In this document: positions 35,161 through 42,359 of the stretch, in pieces
Layout: each line of letters starts with the position of its first letter
Numbering within the stretch: the first letter of the stretch is position 1
DNA from: Bacillota bacterium
Lineage (GTDB): Bacteria > Bacillota > SHA-98 > UBA4971
DNA: 64,000 bases
NCBI GenBank assembly: GCA_012842395.1
Contig: DUSX01000020.1
Span: forward strand, 43,413 to 107,412
Reading direction: 5' to 3'
The notes under the pieces: generated by a model
What the model saw: the letters and a program-made list of their open reading frames with translations, nothing else
Told to the model about the DNA's origin: nothing
The model's database searches: none
Position numbers and translations under genes: made by a program

Positions 35161-35308
35161 CAGATTTGGTCGGAAGATGCGGTGTGAATTGCTGATCTCT
35201 TGTGGCGCGGGCGCGTACTACCTACATGTTGGCCGGCGCTCCCATCCTACTCTGGCGAACATGCAAACGTCTCAGCCACGGCAACGCTTCCCGCCTTACG
35301 AGCCCACC

Positions 35309-36793
35309 CTACGAAGTGCGAGTGGCGAAGTGGTCGTAGCCGGCCGGGGACAGGTCCGTAGTCTTCCCGCTCGCGGTGACGAGCTTTACCCCTCTCTCGC
35401 TGGGCACGATCTCGCCAACGACGTAAAGGCGCCCCCCTACCGAGGCCAGGCAGCGGGAGGCGGCTTCCGTCTGATCGCGCTTGAAAGTGAACACGAGTTC
35501 GTAATCCTCGCCGCCGAACAGCGCCCAGTGGAGAGGATCGCGGCCGAGCGCGCGTCCCGCCGCCGCGGTGGCCTCGCTGATGGGCACATCCGCTGCGTAC
35601 ACCACGACCCCGACGCCGCTTTCCTCGGCGATGTGATTGACCTCGTTGGCAAGGCCGTCGCTTATGTCCATCATAGCGGTGACCGCTCCGCTCGCGGCGA
35701 GCGCGTGGCCCTCGGGCACCCGCGGCATGGGCTCAAGGTGCGCCCTAACAAGCTCCTGCGCCCACGAGGGGTGGGCGCCGACCGCCGGGCCGCCGCCCAC
35801 GTAGGATGGATGAGAGCCCTCAGCCCCGCCTTCTAGTGCTGACGGATGAGAGCGCGCTGCCCCACCGCGCGTCTGAGGCGGGTGAGAGGCGGTCGCCGCG
35901 CCTAACTGGGACGGGTGGTGGTAGTCGCTCATCTCGACGCCTGCGCCACCCCGGCCTGCGTCCTCGCCGCCGACATCTCGCCGATCATGTCCCTCCTCCC
36001 TCTCCAGGCAGTGAAGGAGCCACGCGAGTCCCGCCGCGGAGGCGCCCAGGGGTCCCGTGACGGCCACGAGATCGCCGGGCCGCGCGCCCGCCCTGGTGAC
36101 GGGCGAGTCCGCCTGCCCTATGATCGCAACGTCTATGACGATCGCGTGAGGAGACTTGACCGTATCTCCGCCCACGATCTCAACGCCGAAGCGCTCCGCG
36201 ACAGCCAGCATGCCGTCGTATACGGCGTCCACGTAGGAGTCGTCGACGCTCTCGTTGAGCCCAATCGAAGCGAGCGCGTAGAGCGGAACGCCGCCCATGG
36301 CGGCGATGTCGCTCACGTTCACTGCAAGCGCTTTCCATCCGAGCTGCCAAGGGGTGATGAGCCGCCTATCGAAGTGGACGCCCTCGACGAGCATGTCGAT
36401 GCTGGCGAGGAGGCGTCCGCGAGGCGGTTGCAGCACCGCGGCGTCGTCGCCGATCCCCAGGATCACTGTGTCCAGCAGGCCCGCCCCAACATCGCCGATG
36501 CGGTGATGATCACCGTGACCGCCGCGGCCATCACACACATGCCGCGGGGCATCACGCTCGGCAAACCCGCCCGGCCCACCAGGCTTGCCGAGGCTGCCGG
36601 CCTCTCCCAAGTGCGCCGCGGCCACGCGTCGCCTTATGCGGCCGATGAGGCCGAATTCGCCCCCCGCGATGCCACCAGCACCGCGCACGCCACGTTCCCG
36701 CCCGGCATCCCCTCTGCTTCCTCTGCTTCCTCCCGCTTGCGCCTCACGTTCCATCCTAGCTCGACCGCCTTTCAAGCCTTCCAAGAGCTTCAT
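35309..36793 (-). CDS. thiL: Thiamine-monophosphate kinase ThiL with low-complexity insertions
   Basis: GEFGLIGRI, LGIGDDAAVL, SIDMLVEGVHF, ALAVNVSDIAAMGG, GGDT, ...GGEDYELVF. Alternative start at ATG 36754. Confidence 0.85.
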   Translation of the reverse strand: MKLLEGLKGGRARMEREAQAGGSRGSRGDAGRERGVRGAGGIAGGEFGLIGRIRRRVAAAHLGEAGSLGKPGGPGGFAERDAPRHVCDGRGGHGDHHRIGDVGAGLLDTVILGIGDDAAVLQPPRGRLLASIDMLVEGVHFDRRLITPWQLGWKALAVNVSDIAAMGGVPLYALASIGLNESVDDSYVDAVYDGMLAVAERFGVEIVGGDTVKSPHAIVIDVAIIGQADSPVTRAGARPGDLVAVTGPLGASAAGLAWLLHCLEREEGHDRRDVGGEDAGRGGAGVEMSDYHHPSQLGAATASHPPQTRGGAARSHPSALEGGAEGSHPSYVGGGPAVGAHPSWAQELVRAHLEPMPRVPEGHALAASGAVTAMMDISDGLANEVNHIAEESGVGVVVYAADVPISEATAAAGRALGRDPLHWALFGGEDYELVFTFKRDQTEAASRCLASVGGRLYVVGEIVPSERGVKLVTASGKTTDLSPAGYDHFATRTS

Positions 36794-37661
36794 CCACGAT
36801 TGTCCGAAGATCGCGGGCCGCGCCCCTTATGTCGTCAGCGGCCACGACCGCCGATACGACGGCGATTCCAGCGACCCCCGTTGCCATCACCTCCGCGGCG
36901 TTACTCTTCGATACCCCGCCTATCGCGACCACGGGCAGGCGAGTGGCGCGCACGATCTCCTCCAGGCCCGCGAGACCGAGAGGGGCCACTGCGGCGTACT
37001 TCTTGGTGTCGGTCGGGAACACCGCCGCGGTCCCGAGGTAGTCCGCACCGAGCCCCTCCGCCTCCGCGGCCTGCTCGGCGTTGTGCACGGTCAGGCCTAT
37101 TATCCTGCCGGGTCCCAGAAGCTTGCGGGCGAGCGGCACGGGGAAGTCTTCCTGGCCGAGATGGACGCCATCGGCGTCCACGGCCATGGCCACGTCAACG
37201 CGATCGTTCACGATGTACAGGACCCCCATGTCCCTCGTGATGCGCCGCAGCCTGAGCCCTACCTCCACCATGCGCCCGGCGTCCCAGTCCTTCGCGCGGA
37301 ACTGGATGGCTGTCGCGCCGCCAGCGATGGCAAGCGACACGACCTCCTCCTCTTCCCGCCCCCTCGCAAGGTTTCTATCGGTTACCACATAAAGCCTAAG
37401 GCCCTGAAAGAGCCTCGCCCGCATTGCCTGCATCGCCCCGGTAGCCTCTACCGCGGGCGCAGGCTGCCCTGGCCCTGGCTGCGCCGGCACTGGCATCCCT
37501 GGCCATCGTCCCTGTCCGCCTGGTGCGCCTTGGCCTCCCGGCCCTTCCTCGCCTCCGCCTTGGCCTCTGCGCTGGTCCGGGGACCACCCGCCTCGGCCTC
37601 CGTCTCCGCCGCCGCCTCCTCCGCTGCCCCACTTGCCGTTCTCGCTTCCACAAGGCCTCAT
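36756..37661 (-). CDS. thiE: Thiamine-phosphate synthase ThiE, possibly with a Gly-rich N-terminal extension
   Basis: LYVVTDRNL...AIQFRAKD...VNDRVDVAMAVDADGVHLGQED...GLTVHN...ADYLGTAAVFPTDTK...VVAIGGV. ATG 37661 forms an ATGA overlap with the thiM stop. Alternative start at MQAM (37433). Confidence 0.85.
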   Translation of the reverse strand: MRPCGSENGKWGSGGGGGGDGGRGGWSPDQRRGQGGGEEGPGGQGAPGGQGRWPGMPVPAQPGPGQPAPAVEATGAMQAMRARLFQGLRLYVVTDRNLARGREEEEVVSLAIAGGATAIQFRAKDWDAGRMVEVGLRLRRITRDMGVLYIVNDRVDVAMAVDADGVHLGQEDFPVPLARKLLGPGRIIGLTVHNAEQAAEAEGLGADYLGTAAVFPTDTKKYAAVAPLGLAGLEEIVRATRLPVVAIGGVSKSNAAEVMATGVAGIAVVSAVVAADDIRGAARDLRTIVDEALGRLERRSS

Positions 37662-38554
37662 CTCTCGCACCCCGCTTCCATCCTCACCTTGAGGCCATGC
37701 GCGAGCTCCTCCGGGGTCATGTTGAATAGGCAGTCGAACAGCGCCGCCTGGAAGCTCCCCGGCCCCTCGCTCTTCGCCGCTGCCCGCTCGGCCGCGTAGC
37801 CGTAGTAGGCGAGACCCGCCGCCGCGGCGACGAGCGCGTCCTCTTCGACCGCCGCGAACGCCGCCACGACAGACGTGGCCATGCAGCCTGTGCCCGTCAC
37901 GTGACGCAGCATAGGATGGCCGTTTTCTACGAGTGCCAAGCGGCGTCCGTCGCTCACGAAATCCGTCGCTCCCGTAACGGCCACGACGCACCCGAGCTTT
38001 CTAGCGGTCTCGCACGCGAGGGCGGCTTTGTCGTGGTGCCCGCTCACGGAGTCCACACCCTTGATCGTGCCGCCAAACCCGCCTATGACCGAGACCTCGG
38101 CCTCGTTTCCGCGGAGGACGGAAACCCTCACTTCGGACAGGATGCGCCGCACGCTCTCGGTGCGCAGGGGCGTCGCGCCCGCGCCCACCGGGTCGAGCAC
38201 TACCGGGACCGAGCGCTCGTTCGCGGCCCTCCCCGCCAGGATCATGGCTTCGACGAGCTCAGGGGTAAGGGTGCCGATGTTGAGGACGAGCGCCCTCGCC
38301 GCGCCTGCCATGTCCCGGACCTCCTCCAGCGCATGCGCCATCACGGGAGACGCACCCACGGCCAGGGTGACGTTGGCCGTTATGTTCGTGACGACGACGT
38401 TCGTGATGTGGTGCACGAGCGGAGCCTGCTCCCTCACCCTTCGAAGGACTTCAGGAGCACGCTGTCTCAGATCGCTCGTCGTTACGGCCTCGTTCATCCT
38501 CTGCGATGTCTTCTCATCTGCATCTTTTGCATGCTTTCCCACGTCCTCTCGCAC
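37658..38554 (-). CDS. thiM: Hydroxyethylthiazole kinase ThiM
   Basis: PLVHHITNVVVTNITANVTLAVGASPVMA...VLDPVGAGAT...GTGCM. The start is uncertain (alternative MNEAV at 38497). Confidence 0.88.
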   Translation of the reverse strand: MREDVGKHAKDADEKTSQRMNEAVTTSDLRQRAPEVLRRVREQAPLVHHITNVVVTNITANVTLAVGASPVMAHALEEVRDMAGAARALVLNIGTLTPELVEAMILAGRAANERSVPVVLDPVGAGATPLRTESVRRILSEVRVSVLRGNEAEVSVIGGFGGTIKGVDSVSGHHDKAALACETARKLGCVVAVTGATDFVSDGRRLALVENGHPMLRHVTGTGCMATSVVAAFAAVEEDALVAAAAGLAYYGYAAERAAAKSEGPGSFQAALFDCLFNMTPEELAHGLKVRMEAGCER

Positions 38555-38831
38555 CCCCTATCGCATATCCCCAACCTCATCTCGCACATCCGACCTCGTC
38601 GAACCGTCTCGGGTTCATGTGAGATGTCTTGTCGAGCCAGCCATGGCCAAGGCCCGGACCCTCTTCAACGCCGCTGCCACCTCCCCACTGCCAGGTGCCT
38701 GCCCATGTCCCCGTCCCCGTCCGCTACTGCCCGCTCACCGACCGCTCCCTGCCCGCCTCCCATCTGCTCCCGAAGTGCTCGCAACCCGCTCCGCGCCTGC
38801 CTGCTTGCCTCGTGCCTGACTTACTCGCCGC

Positions 38832-39716
38832 TCACCTGGCCTCCCGCCCCCGCCTGGCCGCTCGCCCGGCCGACCGCCGGAAGTAGAAGTGGTTGGTGGG
38901 CCCGCATCCGTGGCCCAATGAAAGCGAGTTCGCCACCGCCCAGGTGATGTAGTCCTTGGCGGCCCGCAGCGCATCCGGGACCTCCAGGCCCAGGGCGAGA
39001 TATGCCGCTATGGCCGCGGAATACGTACATCCGGTGCCGTGTGTGTTCGCGGTGGCGTAACGCCTGGCGCAGAGCTCGATGAGCTCCTCGCCGTTGAACG
39101 CTATGTCCACCGAATCCCCGGATTGGTCCTGCAGGTGGCCGCCCTTCACCACGACCCACTCCGGCCCCATGTCTTTCAGCCTCTGCGCGGCAAGCCGCGC
39201 GTCCGACGTGCTCTTGATCGCAACGCCCAGGATAGCCTCGGCCTCGGGAATGTTGGGAGTGATCACGGTGGCGAGCGGCAGCAGGCGCCGGACGAGAGCG
39301 TCTCTCGCGTCGGGTGCCAAAAGCGGCGCGCGGGTCTTGCTCACCATCACGGGGTCCACGACCAAGTTCCGCACCGAGTGCCGCTGGATGGCGTCTGCTA
39401 CCGCATCTATGATGGCTGCGGTGGCAAGCATTCCGGTCTTGGCAGCGTCCACCTGCAAGTCGGTCAGGACCGCGTCCAGCTGGGCGACGACGAAGCCCGG
39501 GTCGAGCACGGAGACCCCCGGCACGCCGAGGGTGTTCTGAGCGGTCACGGCGGTGAGCGCGACCGCCCCGAACACGCCGAGAGACGTGAATGTCTTGAGG
39601 TCCGCCTCTATCCCCGCTCCTCCGCCGCTGTCCGACCCGGCGATCGTGAGAGCCACGGGGACTCGCTCGGGCTCGGTGCGCGCGAAATCGGGTGCCATGT
39701 ATCTCGAGATCCTCAC
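38832..39716 (-). CDS. thiD: Hydroxymethylpyrimidine/phosphomethylpyrimidine kinase ThiD
   Basis: VALTIAGSDSGGGAGIEADLKTF...TAQNT...DPVM...TPNIPEAE...VVKGGH...HGTGCT. Confidence 0.9.
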   Translation of the reverse strand: MRISRYMAPDFARTEPERVPVALTIAGSDSGGGAGIEADLKTFTSLGVFGAVALTAVTAQNTLGVPGVSVLDPGFVVAQLDAVLTDLQVDAAKTGMLATAAIIDAVADAIQRHSVRNLVVDPVMVSKTRAPLLAPDARDALVRRLLPLATVITPNIPEAEAILGVAIKSTSDARLAAQRLKDMGPEWVVVKGGHLQDQSGDSVDIAFNGEELIELCARRYATANTHGTGCTYSAAIAAYLALGLEVPDALRAAKDYITWAVANSLSLGHGCGPTNHFYFRRSAGRAARRGREAR

Positions 39717-39760
39717 TGTGAAGTCACCTCGGGCTTTCCTAAACGAAAATACGCTCTGTT

Positions 39761-41071
39761 TCAGCGCGGCATAGAGTAAGATGCGACAGCACTATCCGCT
39801 GGCGTACTAAACCTGGACGCCCACCGGATCATCCCCAATACATAAATCACACTAGCGGCTGTAAGGCTCGGTATCGATGCCCCCGTGGAGAGGCCGTTCT
39901 CAGTACACGCATAGTACGTGACCACACCTGTGACCCACGCAATCATGGCAATGGGGTTCACGCCGTGGACGTACCAGTATGCGCCTCCGCGTTTGAAGAG
40001 CTCCTGAACCGACAGCTTCCTCCGCCTAAGAAGGAAATAGTCCGCCAAGACGATCCCGAACAAGGGCACAAAAACGCCCCCTATGAGCAGAAGGAAACTT
40101 TCATAGCGCTCGATGGGAAAGACGGCCGCCACCAGGGTGCCGATGAACCCAGCCGCAAGAATGAGATGCCCCTCGCGCAACTGCGGGAATAGGTTCTGAG
40201 TGGACACGGCAGTTGAGTACACATCGAGGAAAGCGGTTGTGATCGTAGAGAAAGCCACTATGACCAACGCAACTGCTCCAATCTCCAGCCCTGTGAGAAT
40301 CTCGACTACATCTGCTGTCCCCGCGGCTAAAGAAGAGATTAAGCCAATCGCATACATGAGGAAGCTCGAGACGAAGTATCCTATCCAGCATCCGAAGAAC
40401 GACCCTGTCCCCCCTCTTCCGAACCTTGAGTAGTCGGCGACTAAGGGAAGCCATGATAGAGGCATCGCTATTACCAGGTCAGTCGCGTACCCAAAACCCA
40501 TGCCTCCGCCCTCGTTTGCCGCCTGGAGGCCACCTAGACCGCGCGTTGACAGGAGCCTGTACCCCACATAGAGGCTTAGCACGAGAAGCAGACCAGAGAC
40601 AATAGGCTCGAGCCATCTCCAACCCTTACGGCCCGACCACGCCCAGGCGGTCGTCGCCGCGCCCATCGCTACCACCCACGTCAGGTAGCCTGAGAAGCCC
40701 CAGAGCTGCGAGCTCAGAGCGTTCAGTGCCTTAGCCGCGACGACCAGCATCACGGCCGTCCATCCTACGAGCTGGACCACGTTCAACACAGCCGCCAGAT
40801 ACGAGCCTCTGACTCCGAAAGACGGCCTCACCGAGACCATCGACGGGATCCCGTGATCCGTGCCAACCACACCACCGAGGGCGAGGAGCGTGTTGCCCAG
40901 AAGATGTCCCAAGAAGTTCGCCGCTATTCCCGCCAGAAGACCGGCTGGAGCCAGAAAGCCGCCTGCCAGCACCTCGGCAAGGGATATGCCCGCACCCACC
41001 CATATGAAAAAGAATGCCCCCGGACCCATGGTTCGTTGGTCCACAGGAATTGCTTCAACCTCTGTTGCCAC
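39761..41071 (-). CDS. cytX: NCS1/cytosine-permease-family transporter, putative hydroxymethylpyrimidine transporter CytX
   Basis: A 12-TM-like hydrophobic protein (FFFIWVGAGISLAEVLAGG...). GTG start after GGAGGG. It lies immediately downstream of a TPP riboswitch and upstream of thiD. Confidence 0.7.
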   Translation of the reverse strand: MATEVEAIPVDQRTMGPGAFFFIWVGAGISLAEVLAGGFLAPAGLLAGIAANFLGHLLGNTLLALGGVVGTDHGIPSMVSVRPSFGVRGSYLAAVLNVVQLVGWTAVMLVVAAKALNALSSQLWGFSGYLTWVVAMGAATTAWAWSGRKGWRWLEPIVSGLLLVLSLYVGYRLLSTRGLGGLQAANEGGGMGFGYATDLVIAMPLSWLPLVADYSRFGRGGTGSFFGCWIGYFVSSFLMYAIGLISSLAAGTADVVEILTGLEIGAVALVIVAFSTITTAFLDVYSTAVSTQNLFPQLREGHLILAAGFIGTLVAAVFPIERYESFLLLIGGVFVPLFGIVLADYFLLRRRKLSVQELFKRGGAYWYVHGVNPIAMIAWVTGVVTYYACTENGLSTGASIPSLTAASVIYVLGMIRWASRFSTPADSAVASYSMPR

Positions 41072-41149
41072 GCCTGTCCCTCCTTATTCAAAGACTTGCG
41101 CGACCCTTCTTGCAGGGTTCCTGACCCGATGGCCGGCAATCAGTCGACG

Positions 41150-41188
41150 AACACAACAAAGGAGCCGTGCCACTTGGGTCACGGCTCC
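41150..41188 (-). terminator. Intrinsic terminator, the expression platform of the TPP riboswitch
   Basis: Minus strand reads GGAGCCGTG-ACCCAAGTGG-CACGGCTCC, followed by TTTGTTGTGTT. Confidence 0.75.
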
Positions 41189-41278
41189 TAGACTTGCAGT
41201 CTCGGCGACGAGCTCGGCGCCACGCTCGGACCATAAACCATAAGAGGATGTGAAGCAAGGGCCGCCGGCTGTCTTGCC

Positions 41279-41376
41279 GCCCGCTTCCCTACGGTGGCAT
41301 TACCCACATCAGGTTCAAGGGGTTCGGGTGCACCCGTCTCAGCTCAAGCCACCTCAAACCGCCGCGCCCCACTCGG
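41279..41376 (-). promoter_or_regulatory. TPP (THI-box) riboswitch
   Basis: Minus strand reads GGGGCGC...GCTGAGACGGGTGCACCCGAACCCCTTGAACCTGATGTGGGTAATGCCACCGTAGGGAAGCGG. This matches the THI-box consensus (GGGG.GC..CTGAGA..ACCC..ACCTGAT.TGG.TAATGCCA.CGTAGGGAAG). Confidence 0.92.
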
Positions 41377-41934
41377 CACCGTCGCTCTGTCGCGGTGCTG
41401 CTGGGCAGTGCCGCGCGCTGCGTCGCTTGGTCACTAGAGCTCCGCGCGGCCGCCCTGGCCGCCGACTAGCGCCGCCCGTTGGCTTGGTGGTGGCTTTTGC
41501 TCCCCCACGGAACGGTCACGTATGCATCTTTCACTAGGATTATAGCCCGGCGTTTCCTCTCGCGTCAATGATTCCCTCGAGAAGGCATGGGACCCCGTTT
41601 GCATAACACGCCGGCGGCGTAAGCACCACGCCATGGGGGCTCGGGTCGCCGCCACGAGTACGTTCCCCCGTGAGCCAACGAGCCCCCTCCGAGCACGTCT
41701 TCGTGCGACCGCCTTCTCACGTTAGCAGGCAACAGGCGGTTCGCTCGACCGAGCCTCCCTCCGTCCCCTCCCTTGCTTCAACCCTCCCTCGACGCTCGAC
41801 CTCCGACCTTCGACCCTCGATCTTGCTACAACGGCAGAGCCAGGACCGCAGGGCCAGAACGGAAGAGGAGGAATCCGTTACCCCGCGTCGAAATTCCAGA
41901 AAGGTTGAACAAGAAGTATCTAGCAAGAGTTACA

Positions 41935-42046
41935 TGCTTCTCCGAGTCCCCCGGCCTAAGGTTCGGCGTATAGCTCCAGCTATGGCGGGCGGACCGGCAG
42001 GGTGTGTCGGGAAACGGACACGCCTCCCATCACGGAAAGGAGAGCA
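41935..42046 (+). promoter_or_regulatory. Candidate Moco/Tuco (molybdenum/tungsten cofactor) riboswitch
   Basis: UGCUUCUCCGAGUCC (5' block), hairpin GUGUC-GGGAAACG-GACAC, then GCCUCCC, 5 nt, GGAAAGGAGAGCA. The 5' UGCU-U-CUCC can pair with the 3' GGAG-AGCA (P1). From memory, the block order and spacing match the E. coli moaA leader (...CUUCGCCUCCCGUAUCUGGAAAGGUGU...). Confidence 0.55.
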
Positions 42047-42359
42047 GGCAATCCTGACTGGGTCGCGCCTTGTGTTTCGGCCGGGCCCTGCCGCCTTTTC
42101 GTGGCACCCGGCCTTCGCTATTCCCGGGGTAAGTTCGTTGTCTCCGGGACGGGTACGAGAGAGCATGGCTGTGCGACCTTTGGGCCGGCTCATTATGCTA
42201 CGCTGTTCCGGGGCTTTATAGATAGCCAACCTCGAAATCAAACGAGCATCGGGCGCTTTCTCCGTGCCCTCGTACGTATACCGCGGCTCCTTTTGCTGTG
42301 CGCGGTCTAACTTCGAGCTTGGTTATCTGTAAAAGATGCTGTTCCGAGGAGGCTGCGAG

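Noticed and set aside
35915-37799. 441-aa and 404-aa plus-strand ORFs across the thi operon
   Set aside because: Pro/Arg/Ser-rich antisense shadows of thiL, thiE and thiM, which carry unambiguous family motifs on the minus strand.
38555-38831. Search for a second TPP riboswitch upstream of thiM
   Set aside because: No CTGAGA...ACCTGATCTGG...TAATGCC core on the minus strand. Only the element at 41279-41376 fits.
41670-42310. 183-aa and 102-aa plus-strand ORFs in the leader between the TPP riboswitch and the ECF operon
   Set aside because: No RBS, and Arg/Pro/Ser-rich composition. They overlap the candidate Moco riboswitch, so the region is better explained as structured non-coding RNA.
42050-42335. 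Attempted identification of a terminator or antiterminator, or a leader peptide, downstream of the Moco-like element (e.g. GGCCGGG-N21-CCCGGCC at ~42078-42112)
   Set aside because: The stems are not followed by U-tracts. The only in-frame starts after the GGAG are non-canonical (ATC/CTG). The expression platform therefore remains unassigned.
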